Assembly (NCBI GenBank): GCA_963841015.1
Contig: CAWJAX010000005.1
Coordinates: 64,001-128,000, forward strand
DNA length: 64,000 nucleotides
From: an uncultured Methanoregulaceae archaeon
GTDB lineage: Archaea > Halobacteriota > Methanomicrobia > Methanomicrobiales > Methanospirillaceae
Direction: 5' to 3'
The position numbers and the translations under genes are program-made. Below, one piece after another: positions 30,976 to 41,981 of the stretch (the first letter of the stretch is position 1; each line of letters opens with the position of its first letter). Below the pieces are notes generated by a model that saw nothing but the letters and a program-made list of their open reading frames with translations, was not told where the DNA came from and did not search any database.

Positions 30976-31305
30976 TTCTCCACCTCATTCATATTCACGA
31001 TGAAACGGGTAACAAACGCTACTATTTACTTAAAGTAGGGGTACATGGAAATGCGTTACTTGATATATAATTTTTTTCATTAGAACGGCAAGCAATAACA
31101 GACACATTCTGTTTGGGAAAAGTTGGAATATTCTTAATGATATCAGATCTGATCCTTTACAAATTGTGGGAACCACAACACAAATTGTAAGTGCAGATTT
31201 CATAATTCGAATGGTATTTCTTTCATCCAAAATTCCGGAAAAATTGCATTAAGAAATTAGCGTGAAAAACCATAGCAACCCTTATAATTGCTCAACCCAA
31301 ATGTA

Positions 31306-31431
31306 GTCAGGCACTTTTACATATTGTGCTGACAGATGTAAGTCCGACGTGCTTTTTTAAGCACAGCCTCAACCAAGGCTTTGGGATTACAGGGAGTCAG
31401 TAAAAAATACTCGACTTTTCTGGACTTACAT
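31306..31431 (+). promoter_or_regulatory. Structured rps15 5' leader (candidate S15-Methanomicrobia ribosomal leader)
   Basis: ATGTAAGTCC (31336-45) pairs with GGACTTACAT (31422-31), enclosing three hairpins. TATA-like CTTATAATT at ~31281. Confidence 0.7.
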
Positions 31432-31452
31432 AAGACATTAGGAGGCTATTGT

Positions 31453-31911
31453 ATGGCACGAATGCATGCTCGAAGAAGAGGCAAGTCATGCTCTGTCCGC
31501 CCCTACCGGAAACAGGCACCTGCGTGGTCCAACATGGACGCAAAGGCGATCACCAAAGTGATCCTGGATCTTCGTAAGGAAGGCGCATCGAGCAGCAAAA
31601 TTGGGCTTGTCCTGCGGGACAGCTATGGCGTCCCGGACGTGAAACTTGCCCTTGGTAAGCGTATCGGTGATATTTTAAAAGAGAACAAAGTTGCATCTGA
31701 GATTCCTGAAGATCTCCGCGATCTCATGATAAAGGCACTCGGGCTGCGCAAGCACCTGGGTGAGAACAAGAAAGACCTGCACAACAAGCGGCAGCTGAAC
31801 CTGACGGAGTCGAAGATCCGGCGCCTTGTGCGGTACTACCGGGGAACAAAGAAAATACCCAAGGAATTCGTCTACAAACCTGAGACTGCAGAAATTCTGT
31901 TGTCAAGATAA
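31453..31911 (+). CDS. rps15: 30S ribosomal protein S15 (uS15)
   Basis: MARMHARRRGKS, IGLVLRD, ESKIRRLVRYY; GGAGG RBS. Confidence 0.97.
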   Translation: MARMHARRRGKSCSVRPYRKQAPAWSNMDAKAITKVILDLRKEGASSSKIGLVLRDSYGVPDVKLALGKRIGDILKENKVASEIPEDLRDLMIKALGLRKHLGENKKDLHNKRQLNLTESKIRRLVRYYRGTKKIPKEFVYKPETAEILLSR

Positions 31912-31938
31912 GGAACAATCGTCGTCCAGAGAATACCC

Positions 31939-33167
31939 ATGCCCCTTGAATCCATAGCAGAAACGGTTGCAGATCAGATCCGGCACCAGGAGTTTGTCGA
32001 GGTCTATGCGCACCATGATGCAGACGGCATAGCAGCCGGCTCGATCCTCTGCCATGCGATGGAGCGGGCAGGTATCCGGTTCCGCCTGAGGATCCGGCAT
32101 GAAGTCAATCCTGCCGAGCTGAAGGGTGACGCTGGCCACCTTCTCTGCGATCTTGGGGCAGGAATATCTGATCTTCCCGCTGCAACAATGGTGGTCGATC
32201 ACCATCTCCCGAAGTTTGAGGGAGCATTCCATGCCAACCCGAGGCTGGCCGGAATTGACGGGGACCGTGAACTGTCCGGAGCAGGTATGGCGTATCTCGT
32301 TGCCCAGAAGATGGGAGACAACCGCGACCTGTCGGGGCTTGTAATACCCGGCATTATCGGGGACGGCCAGGAAATAACCGCCAAAAACCTCGAGATTTTC
32401 AATGAAGGCATCACTGACGGCATCATCGTTCCTGACAGAGGACTCACCCTCCCGGGCAGGGACATGACCGAACGGTGGTATACAGCAACCAGCCCATACC
32501 TAGATGGGATCAGCGGGGGGAACAGCTCATCGCCGATCTCATCGGTCAGGCACAAGGCCAGGCAAAAGGTGAGAATGCGAGCCGGCTCGACATCCTGCTA
32601 TCACGGGTAGTACTGGAAGCAGCACCAAACGCGACACGGGCAAGTATCGATATGATCTATGGAGATACCTACCATCTCCAGCGTGAGGTAATTGAGGATG
32701 CTCATGCACTCACTGCGGTGATTGATGCCTGTGGGAAAAGCGGTCGTGGCGATATCGGGGCGACTCTCTGCCTCCGATCTTCCTATTATCTCGACCAGGC
32801 ATGGGAGATTGCCCGGCAGCATCGCATGAACGTAATCGATGCGATCAAACATTTAAGCCCCGCTGAAGGTCCGGTCGGTGTCTACGAAGTGCAGGACGTC
32901 ACCCTGGCAAGCGATGTCGCAGATATCGTTGCCCGTGACCTTATCAACATGTGGCCGGTGCTCGTGTATGCGCATACCGGCGAGTCCTGCAAAATCTCAG
33001 CACGCTGTCCTGCAGGAATTGTTCGGGAACTCGGACCGCTGGTCAGTTCGCTCGCGGCTGCATGCGGGGGCACCGGCGGGGGGCATATCCGCAGGGCAGG
33101 GGCAACAATCCCCTGCGGGAAGATGGGTATGTTTACAAAAGGCTGGCAGGAGGAACTTGCCTCATGA
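31939..33167 (+). CDS. DHH/RecJ-like phosphoesterase, split by a -1 indel at the G run 32515-32520
   Basis: HHDADGI, DLG, DHH, and C-terminal GGGH..AGA. Conserved rps15-DHH-pcc1-rps3ae order. Confidence 0.88.
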
Positions 33168-33409
33168 TGCAGATCAAAGGCGAGATCACGACAGTGCACA
33201 GGAATGCACGATGTGTTGCCTCATCATTAGCACCGGACAACCTCACCAGCATGACTACAATCGCTGAAGGTGATAAGGTGACAACAGTAATTACCGGCAC
33301 ACAGCTCAGGTCGGTCATCGCATCCGTAGATGACTATCTTATGAATCTGGCAATTGCGGAGGAGACCTGTTCGTCTTTTTCGCAACAATCCGCAGATACT
33401 CAAAGGTAA
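33164..33409 (+). CDS. pcc1: KEOPS complex subunit Pcc1
   Basis: SLAPDN, LRSVIASVDDYLMNLAIAE; genomic context. Confidence 0.85.
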   Translation: MMQIKGEITTVHRNARCVASSLAPDNLTSMTTIAEGDKVTTVITGTQLRSVIASVDDYLMNLAIAEETCSSFSQQSADTQR

Positions 33410-33497
33410 TAACGACCGTAAAACCCGGTCAGACACTCCGGGCAAGAATACGGTTGCAGGGAAAAAAGTACAGGGAGGAATTCCTCCAGGTGATACC

Positions 33498-34103
33498 ATG
33501 GCAAAGAAAAAACAGGTTGGAAGAAGAGTAGAAGGCTGGAAAGCCAAAAGCTGGTTCAAGGTGTACGTCCCCGACAACCTCGGTAAGGCGTACATCGGTG
33601 ACACCATTGCAAACGATGCTGAGAGCGTAGTTGGCAGGATCATGCAGGCAACGCTTGGTGAGATTACCAACGATTATGCAAAACAGCACATCAAGATGAG
33701 CTTTAAGATCGCAACCGTGACCGGTGATGCGGCATATACTGAATTTGTCGGCCACGAAGTTACCCGTGACTACCTCCGCTCGCTCGTCAAGCGCCGGAGC
33801 TCCCGTGTGGACTGCCAGGTTCCGCTCCTCACAAAAGACAGCAAGAAAGTGCGGCTGACCATCAGCTGCTACACGTTTGCCCGTGCAAACATTACGCAGG
33901 AGCATGCAATCAGAAAAGCCATCACCGACACGGTCGTTGCCCAGGCAGCAGCATGGGACCTGACCACACTCGTCAACGGGATTGCTTCTGGTGAGATTTC
34001 ACGGGATCTCTTCAAAGCGGTCAAGACCATTTACCCGACCCGCAGGGTTGAGATCATCAAATCCAAGGTCGAGCCGGTCGCAGCACGGGTCTCCACCGTA
34101 TAA
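33498..34103 (+). CDS. rps3ae: 30S ribosomal protein S3Ae (eS1)
   Basis: WKAKSWF, DYLRSLVKR, IYPTRRVEIIKS. Confidence 0.96.
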   Translation: MAKKKQVGRRVEGWKAKSWFKVYVPDNLGKAYIGDTIANDAESVVGRIMQATLGEITNDYAKQHIKMSFKIATVTGDAAYTEFVGHEVTRDYLRSLVKRRSSRVDCQVPLLTKDSKKVRLTISCYTFARANITQEHAIRKAITDTVVAQAAAWDLTTLVNGIASGEISRDLFKAVKTIYPTRRVEIIKSKVEPVAARVSTV

Positions 34104-34403
34104 TACCAAAAGGATCCTTTTTTTTCATTGAGGTGACTTTCAATTACTGCTATCCCGCGATTCCCCTTGAAAGAGGAGACGGGCAATCCCATTACAGCGT
34201 GACGGATATAAAAACCGGGGGGATTAGCCGTGACTTTACGCTTCAGGCCCCGGATTCACCAGGGTTCTGCCGCGATACGCAGGAACACTCCCGTCGACAG
34301 GGTGTTTATACCTTAAAACAAGGGTATTTTCAGGATAATTCCCGGTTTTTATCACCCAACCAGAGAAACATAATTAGTCACTACATCCAACCATTCCATA
34401 CGA

Positions 34404-35639
34404 ATGACCGCCCAAAAGATCCTCTTTGTCGTTCTCGATGGCATCTCTGATCGCCCCTGCCCCGAGCTCGGAGGACTCACCCCCCTTACCGCAGCAAAAA
34501 CGCCGGTGCTTGACCGGCTCGCACGGGAAGGGATCTGCGGTATAATGGATACCATTGCAGCGGGAGTCCGCCCGGGTTCCGATACCGCCCATCTTGCTCT
34601 GCTGGGGTACGATCCGTACCACCATTATACGGGGAGAGGTCCCCTTGAATGTGAAGGAACCGGCATCCACATGGATCCCGGGATGATCGGGTTCCGCTGC
34701 AACTATGCTACCATTTCGCGGGACGGGATCATTACCGATCGCCGTGCAGGAAGGATCCATGACACCACTGATCTGAGCACCGCGATCCAGGAAGGGGTAG
34801 ACCTGTCAGCCTTTGGTGTCGAGGTCATTTTTCGTTCGGGAGCAGGACACCGGGCATCACTGGCGTTCAAAGGTGAGGGACTCGGGTACTGCGTTTCGTC
34901 CAATGACCCGAAAAAAGATGGTGTAACCCCGCTTAAGGTAACTCCACTCAGGCAGTCCGCAGGTGATGATAAAACGGCGGCTGCCTGTAACGAGTTTATC
35001 TGGCAGTCCACCAGGATCCTTTTTGACCATGCCATCAACAAAAAACGTGTAAAGAATGGATTAAACCCGGCCAACATCGTGTTGATGCGGGGTGCCGGGG
35101 AGATGGGGCATTTCGAACCATTCTCAAAGAGATATGGACTGTCCGGCAGTGTTATCTCGGCTGCAAGCCTTATCAATGGTATTGGAAGCTCTGTCGGGCT
35201 TTCCCGTGTCTCCGTGCAGGGAATCACCGGGTCACAGGACAGCAATATTCCCGGAAAGATTGCAGCAGCAATAGGGGAATTGAAAACAAAAGATTTTGTT
35301 CTGGTCAACATCAAGGGAGCTGACGAATCCGGGCATGACGGGCTTGCCGGGCAGAAACGCGATTTCATCACAAAAACCGATACAGCCCTTTCACCCCTGC
35401 TGGATCTTCCCCAATGTATCATTGTCATCTGTGCCGACCATTCAACACCCTGTACCATCAAGGATCATAGCGCTGATCCTGTTCCGGTACTCATTCACGG
35501 GGAGGGTGTCCGGGTTGATGATGTCATGCGGTTCGATGAATATTCCTGTGCACGCGGAGGACTATGCCGCATTACCGGCGCAGCACTCCTGCCAACAGCT
35601 CTCGACCTGATAAACAAGGCACATAAATTCGGGGCATGA
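34404..35639 (+). CDS. apgM: 2,3-bisphosphoglycerate-independent phosphoglycerate mutase (archaeal)
   Basis: LDGISDRP, PGSDTAHL, GRGPLE, DESGHDG, ADHSTP. Confidence 0.94.
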   Translation: MTAQKILFVVLDGISDRPCPELGGLTPLTAAKTPVLDRLAREGICGIMDTIAAGVRPGSDTAHLALLGYDPYHHYTGRGPLECEGTGIHMDPGMIGFRCNYATISRDGIITDRRAGRIHDTTDLSTAIQEGVDLSAFGVEVIFRSGAGHRASLAFKGEGLGYCVSSNDPKKDGVTPLKVTPLRQSAGDDKTAAACNEFIWQSTRILFDHAINKKRVKNGLNPANIVLMRGAGEMGHFEPFSKRYGLSGSVISAASLINGIGSSVGLSRVSVQGITGSQDSNIPGKIAAAIGELKTKDFVLVNIKGADESGHDGLAGQKRDFITKTDTALSPLLDLPQCIIVICADHSTPCTIKDHSADPVPVLIHGEGVRVDDVMRFDEYSCARGGLCRITGAALLPTALDLINKAHKFGA

Positions 35640-35658
35640 TGAACATTTCGGGTGACAG

Positions 35659-36504
35659 ATGAAAGAGAGAACCGTAAAAAACTGGCACAAGCACTGCCTG
35701 CTCCCTGACGGGACAGAATTACAGGAGCACAGTATCAAGACCGACCGGAACATCGTTGTCGGGGAATTCTGCCAGATCGAATACGGGCTGAGGGGAGCCG
35801 ATGTCTACGTGGGCGAATCCTCTAAGATCCGCGAGTATGTCTGGGCAAACGGGGACGTGCGGATCGGGAACTGGTGCGATGTGGGCGGAGATGTGATCGC
35901 CAAACAGGACGCGTATATTGGGGAAGGAGTGCATATTGCCGGAAAACTGGTTGTTTCCGGGGCCCTGGACATCGGGGAAAAAGTCGAGATAAAAGAAGGG
36001 TTCGAGGCTCAAGGCGACGTGGAAATAAGAAACCCGATGCCGGTGTTCATGTTCATCATTATCTACTTAATGACCCTGTTGAGGATAGAGAATGAAAAGG
36101 AGCTGGACCGGATCATTGATGACCTGTTCTCTGAAGAGGAGGAAAAGCGTGAGATCCCGCTTATGATACCTGCCCGCTCGAAGCTGAACCTCAAGCTCTT
36201 TGCTGTCCCTTCGACCATGAAGATCGGGAAAGGCTGCAGGCTCCATGGCAACATCCGGGCAGGTTCTATTGATGTCCAGCAGAACTCGGTCATCTTCGGA
36301 AGCCTGCGGGCAAAAAACCGTATCACGGTCGTTGACGGTGTCACCGTTCACGGGAATGTGGAGAGCGGCAGTACAGTCTATGTGAGGAAAGGAGCTCATA
36401 TCCTCGGTGATGTGATTGCAAAATCCATTGTGCTCCATGAAGAGGCAACCGTTGACGGGACGATTGAAGCCCCGCATGGAATGCGTATCGAGCGGGGTCC
36501 ATGA
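35659..36504 (+). CDS. Beta-helix / polymer-forming cytoskeletal (bactofilin-like) family protein
   Basis: Repeated V/I-x-G-x-V/I beta-helix units in two blocks flanking IRNPMP. Confidence 0.75.
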   Translation: MKERTVKNWHKHCLLPDGTELQEHSIKTDRNIVVGEFCQIEYGLRGADVYVGESSKIREYVWANGDVRIGNWCDVGGDVIAKQDAYIGEGVHIAGKLVVSGALDIGEKVEIKEGFEAQGDVEIRNPMPVFMFIIIYLMTLLRIENEKELDRIIDDLFSEEEEKREIPLMIPARSKLNLKLFAVPSTMKIGKGCRLHGNIRAGSIDVQQNSVIFGSLRAKNRITVVDGVTVHGNVESGSTVYVRKGAHILGDVIAKSIVLHEEATVDGTIEAPHGMRIERGP

Positions 36505-37337
36505 AAGCCGCTGAGATCCTCGGGGTCGACACAGTCAGGTTCATAGAACCCGGATTTGCCGCACTCACGGACAGAAGATTCAATGGGTTCCTTGCAGACA
36601 TTCAGGGAGATGAAGGACGTCTTCTTTTAGATGAGCGTGAAGACCCGATAGCGCTGGCACTCCATGGATCGGATGGATGGATCGCCGGTTCGTTCCTGTG
36701 CAGGAATCCATCGGTTGCACTGATCGAACTTTTCGAAAATGTAAACGGGGAGATATTCCAGGAAGACCGGGCTGTCTGGGCAGCGGCTGTACGTGAGCAC
36801 TTCAGCAATGCCCTGGTGGCCGAAATTCCCCCATCAATAGAAGATCTCAATCCCACACGGCATGGAATCTTAAAAAACCTCATAACCAGCATCTGGGGGA
36901 CAAGCCAGGGGGAGACCTGTATCGACTGCTGCTGCGGATCAGGTGTCGGATCAGCGGTCCTGCGTGATCTTGGGTTTTCTCCCCTTTCCTATGACAATGA
37001 TGAGTCCCTCCTTTCCCGGGGACTTACCGAAAAGCGACTGCTTCCCGAAGAAACGATGTGGATCGATGCGACCATCGCCTCGCGATATATCGAGCCGGTA
37101 CCGAAAGGAATCGGGATCATGATGGGGGAGATCAACACGTTTTCCCAGGATATGTGGGTTCGGATCATTGAGGAACTCTGTACGATAACCCGGGAAACCC
37201 TGATCACGGTAGGGACAGAGAAGGAAGCGCTTCTGATCCAGGAATGGGGAAAGGAGATAGAACGGGATATGGAAATAACCGAGAATCCTGCTGACCCTAT
37301 TTATGATCTCTGGGTCTGTCGTGTTCACCCGGCATAA
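36501..37337 (+). CDS. Hypothetical protein with a methyltransferase-like fold
   Basis: IDCCCGSGVGS resembles SAM motif I; ATGA overlap with the upstream gene. Confidence 0.7.
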   Translation: MKAAEILGVDTVRFIEPGFAALTDRRFNGFLADIQGDEGRLLLDEREDPIALALHGSDGWIAGSFLCRNPSVALIELFENVNGEIFQEDRAVWAAAVREHFSNALVAEIPPSIEDLNPTRHGILKNLITSIWGTSQGETCIDCCCGSGVGSAVLRDLGFSPLSYDNDESLLSRGLTEKRLLPEETMWIDATIASRYIEPVPKGIGIMMGEINTFSQDMWVRIIEELCTITRETLITVGTEKEALLIQEWGKEIERDMEITENPADPIYDLWVCRVHPA

Positions 37338-37372
37338 GGGCCTGCACAAACGTTTTTTGCACTCCAAGGGGA

Positions 37373-38164
37373 TTATGCGCAAAATCCGCAACGGTAGTGA
37401 ATCAAAAAAATATTGCTTATGTACTGATTCTCCCGCTGACAAGTGATTCCCCCATGGGTTACCGCTATGGCGTTTGGTTCGCTTGGTTGCTGGTAACACA
37501 CATTAAATGTATACATCGGACCCGCCGATACATATGCCAGATCAGTAACTACATTTGAAGACCCTGCCGGCAGATTATACCCGGGTGCAGTAATTTCGAA
37601 ATTAAAAGTATAGAAGGTGATTCCGGATTTTTCCATGGAGGGTGGCACTAAAAATGAAAAATCTCCATTTTCCTGCGTTATGCAATCCGCAATGTGCGTT
37701 TTATTGGGAGTTCCGATAAGAGTCACGGTAACTTTTGTGCCACCAACAGGGCTGCAGGTTGCAGTTCCTGAAGGGGGTATGATAAATTCTCCCGCTGGAG
37801 CTTTTAAGGTAATGCCGTTTTCAATAACCTGAGGTGATGGGGCAGATTCAGGAGTTTTATCATCTGTATTAATCCCTGCAGGATCTGCCGTACTGGATTT
37901 CACGTGAAACGGAGAATTATCAGAAAGCGGGTTATCAAAAACTGTGTGCATTTTTCCATCGGTCAAAGACTGGTTAACAGGCAGTATTGCAGTATCCTGA
38001 CTAGTGATGACTGACAGGACACTGGAGAGGGGAAGGGGTATTGTTATGGCTGAACTGTCATGTATCTCAGCTTTCAGGTCTCCCATTAAAAGACCCGTAC
38101 ATCCACTTGTCATCACGAGTGCCAGAATAAGTATAACAGTTACAACAAAATGCCGGTATTGCAT
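37373..38164 (-). CDS. Hypothetical secreted lipoprotein
   Basis: Signal peptide with TSGC lipobox; S/T/P-rich. Confidence 0.7.
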   Translation of the reverse strand: MQYRHFVVTVILILALVMTSGCTGLLMGDLKAEIHDSSAITIPLPLSSVLSVITSQDTAILPVNQSLTDGKMHTVFDNPLSDNSPFHVKSSTADPAGINTDDKTPESAPSPQVIENGITLKAPAGEFIIPPSGTATCSPVGGTKVTVTLIGTPNKTHIADCITQENGDFSFLVPPSMEKSGITFYTFNFEITAPGYNLPAGSSNVVTDLAYVSAGPMYTFNVCYQQPSEPNAIAVTHGGITCQRENQYISNIFLIHYRCGFCA

Positions 38165-38534
38165 AATAACCCCAGGATAAATTTATTATTTAATTATTGT
38201 ATATAAAATTTGCTATTTTTATTTTTACGTTTATTAAATGAATTTTTTTAAATAAACCATAAAAAATGCGTTAAATGACAGATCAGGGCACAGTTCGATG
38301 CAACAACCTATGCAGAGTGCTTCAGAAATGACCCGATGGTGAAAAATCAAAGTCAAAGGTGGCGACAAACATGATTGAAACAATGACGCTTGACGATGAC
38401 CCGCTGCTGAAAGGAAACCCAGCTTTGGTTGCAAAGGCTAAAAAGTGAGTTGATTTTTCATTCCTTGCAGGGTACTTCAAACAGTAGTGCCTGTGACAAC
38501 CTTTCTTTTGGAGGTTTGTTGTGTCCAGGATATC

Positions 38535-40623
38535 TCATCGTCTTCTATGCCCTTTGTGAGGAGGTACCTTCGGTTTTCCGCCGACTTTTTTAGGATCTGC
38601 CTTCTTCTCCTTATGAACGTCCTCGCTCTCAAGCTCGGCGATTACATCTACCGGATCATCCATGAATTTTGTCAGGCGGAGGATCTCAAGGAGCCGCTCC
38701 ATACCGATAAAGTGTTCCGCCATCACCTTTGCAAGCGGTGACATGACAAGCCGGGTCCCCCGCTTCTCGACAAGCCGGTGCGCAATCAGATCGGGCAGCA
38801 CCGGTTCCACCGTGCCGACCATCATACCGTTAATCCGGTTGAGATCTGCTTCCTCACCGTTACAGGCAACGGCATTTGCCACGTATTCTTCCGAACTCTT
38901 TTCGAAATCATGCTCGGGAGCTGACCTCTTCCATCTCTCCTTTGAGAAGGCGGATTGCAACCTCCTCTTCAGTAAACGGGTTCTCCCGGGAATAGGTACC
39001 TCCCGGCTCTGCAAGGAGAACTACCCGCCCGAGATCGTGGAAATCCGGTCTTCCCGCCCGGCCCGCCATCTGGTTGAATTCCTGTACCGAGAGCCAGTCC
39101 CTGCCCATGGCAAGCGCATCGAAAATCACCTGCGATGCCGGGAAGTCTACACCCGCACCGAGCGCTGCGGTCGTGACCACGGCCATGAGTTTCCCGCCCA
39201 GGAACTTTGTCTCAACATCCCTCCGCTCCTGGGACGTGAGACCGGCATGGTATGCAGCAGCTCTTATCCCCAGTGCATCGGCAATCGTATGGCAGCGGGC
39301 CCGGGCATTGGTAAAGATGATGGTCTGTCCCCGGAATCCCTTTGACGAAGTCCGCTTGTACTCCTCGGTCGTCATCTGCTTGATAGTCGGGATTTTCTGT
39401 TTGCGCTCGAGGAATAGAAGATACCGCTCCAGCCCCACCGGACGTTCAGCGTACCTCACAAGACTGCAGTTTAATTTTTTTGCCAGCGTCTTTGGGGAGC
39501 CGATGGTAGCCGAGAGATACAGGAACTGTGCCTGCGGGGCGAGATACTTCAATCGTGCGATCATGCCATCGAGGCGGTGCCCGCGGTCAGCATCCTCGAG
39601 CATCTGTACCTCATCAATAACTACGGTCGCAATGTTGGCCATCTTCTGCCCACAGCGGATCATGTTGTCCACCCCTTCATACGTCCCAACAATGATCGGG
39701 GACTGGGGGTTCCGGTCACCAATTTTCCGGGTCTCGGGAAGGTTGAGCCGGCTTACACCGGTGAGGAGCCCGGTCTTTGCAAGTTTCCCGTACCGCTCTG
39801 TGAACCGTTCATATTTCTGGTTTGCAAGTGCCACCAGCGGTACGAGGAACAGCATTCTTCCCCTCCCTTCAAGATAGTTCTTAATCCCGGCCATCTCACC
39901 GATGAAGGTCTTGCCGCTTGCTGTCGCGGCAACCACCAGCAGGTCCTTACCGTGCAGCAGACCTGCTTCCACTGCAAGCTGCTGGGCCGGCATGAGCTGG
40001 GAAACACCGCTTGCTTCAACAAACTGCCGCGGGAGGGGCAGTTCCCCGATTGCTGCAGTTGTCATAACCGGGTGCGGTTCGAGCCGGTCATAGAGCGCCG
40101 CTTTCATGGTAAGCTTGTCGGGTTGCAGCGTCGCTAATACACGGTCAAGATTGCGGAACGTGAGGAGCAGGTTCTCAAGGTGAGCATACCCCTCCAGACC
40201 CAGCCTGCCCATGTGGGAAACTTCACGGCGCAGCTCACGCTTCCCGCACTCAAGACAGATCTTCTCACCTTTTCCAAACGTGACAGAATTTTCCTCATTT
40301 AACTGGGTGAAACGCTCGTCCAGCAGGCACATGCGGCAGGCGTCAACAAAACCAGCTTTGATCTGAAAATCTCCAAGAAATGTTTCAAATTGCGGATCGG
40401 GTTTGACCAGACGGACATCTGCCTCACGGAGCCGGGCAATCAGTTCCTTTGAAGGTGTATGCCGGTACTCTTTCTTGGTGCCCCACCTGAGCCGGTACTT
40501 TGTCGGGCGCGGTCCCCGGGGGGTCTCCGTCAGCTCAACAAACCCGGCACCCAGCACATGCCGCCCATCATACAGGAGAAGTTTGTAACTGCCACCTTTC
40601 TGAGGCTGAACAAGGATCTTCAT
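38535..40623 (-). CDS. Archaeal DEAD/DEAH-box helicase (DUF5814-type), split by a +1 indel at ~38923
   Basis: ATASGKT, IDEVQ, LSAT, QMAGRAGRP. Frames join as MEEVAPEHD. Confidence 0.9.
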
Positions 40624-41429
40624 GGTGAGATCAGGTCATGGATCACGTACGAGAGTTCCACGCTCTCCAGTCTCTTTAAAAAGTCCGTGAACTCCTCGTC
40701 AACGATGACAATAACGCAATCAATTCCGTGGAATGCTGCCTCAATGACACCTTCCCGTGCACCAAAGAACATATCGGGTTTTTTCCCTGCTTTTATCAGC
40801 GCGATATATGCCTCAAGACCTACTGCTGCGACGATGCCGGCACTGCCAATGACGTCCAGCAGCTTGTCCCTTTTGATCTTTTTGGAACCCCCGTGCAGGA
40901 TCCGCGGTACTTTGCACACGTGAATCATCCCTTCCTTGTGATCGATGATCCCATTTAACCGTGCAACACCGACATCCTCATCTTTTTTTGCATCCGCAAT
41001 GACCGTCCCGGTTGCGGCAAGTGGCTTTTTTCCCGCAAAGAGGAATCCGGCATTCATATATACGCCGACCTGATCTTCTTTTTTTAAGTCCTCGGCAGCA
41101 ATGGCTGTCCAGACCGAGACCTGCTGGATGATATCACGCCTGATGTGTCGTGCATAGGATTCGAGCGACTCGGCATTTTCCAGTACCCATTCGATACCTG
41201 CCTTGGTTACCTCATAATTGCCCCTTCCGCTTGCAGAAACCTTCCCTTCATCCACGAGCTCGCGGATATACTCTGATATTGCCTGAGGGGTAACACCCAG
41301 TTTTTCTGCAATTTCCTGCTGCCGGACTGCCGGCTGGTGCTCGGCAATCTCTACAAGAATCTGGAGTCGCGACACCTCACGTTTACTGCGCAAAATAGAA
41401 TAAAGTGGATCCTTAGCGCCCAGTGTCAA
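40620..41429 (-). CDS. Winged-helix transcriptional regulator (COG1497-like)
   Basis: QQEIAEKLGVTPQAISEYIRELV HTH; start (TTG 41429) uncertain. Confidence 0.85.
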   Translation of the reverse strand: MTLGAKDPLYSILRSKREVSRLQILVEIAEHQPAVRQQEIAEKLGVTPQAISEYIRELVDEGKVSASGRGNYEVTKAGIEWVLENAESLESYARHIRRDIIQQVSVWTAIAAEDLKKEDQVGVYMNAGFLFAGKKPLAATGTVIADAKKDEDVGVARLNGIIDHKEGMIHVCKVPRILHGGSKKIKRDKLLDVIGSAGIVAAVGLEAYIALIKAGKKPDMFFGAREGVIEAAFHGIDCVIVIVDEEFTDFLKRLESVELSYVIHDLISP

Positions 41430-41925
41430 GCAGCACCAGTCCCTGTCCCTTGACATCCATGTGCGTGATCCGTTTGGCAAGTCCTTTGATAAAAACGGGA
41501 CTGACACTGAATTTCCGGGAGAGGTCGTTGATAGAACTATTACCCTTACCGAGTTCTCCTTCAATCTTTTCAACGACTTCACGGAGGTTCTCATCATTGG
41601 AAAGCGAGATGTACAAAATATCGGAGAGGTCCGAAAGATTGCACTGGAAGTTCGCACGGAACTTGTTATAGGTTGAACGGAACTCTTTTTGCGGTTTTGC
41701 ACCGGGTTTTGGCATCCGCCACTGTTCCTCTACAAGGTTCCCCTTCTTCAAAATCTGGAGACAGAGGGGAATACTATCATTATTGACGTGTATACGGATC
41801 TCATCTTCAGTCATCCAGGATTTGTTCAATAGTTCATAGACCTTTTTAAAAGATGGGTCGTTGAATGTCATCAGGAGAGGAACAAGCTCAACGGGATCGT
41901 TTACAATTCGAATATGGCCCGGCAC
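41413..41925 (-). CDS. Conserved archaeal ArsR-like HTH protein
   Basis: HIRIVNDP, EEQWRMPKPG, FRANFQC. Confidence 0.8.
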   Translation of the reverse strand: MPGHIRIVNDPVELVPLLMTFNDPSFKKVYELLNKSWMTEDEIRIHVNNDSIPLCLQILKKGNLVEEQWRMPKPGAKPQKEFRSTYNKFRANFQCNLSDLSDILYISLSNDENLREVVEKIEGELGKGNSSINDLSRKFSVSPVFIKGLAKRITHMDVKGQGLVLLDTGR

Positions 41926-41981
41926 GATAAAACCCTATAATTATATGGTTCCCTGAATCAATAAATTTTTGCGGCACAACC

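Noticed and set aside
37373-37460. Possible additional frameshift at the end of the lipoprotein gene
   Set aside because: An alternative ending is conceivable, but there is no AGCT/GTAC site and no homolog available to support it.
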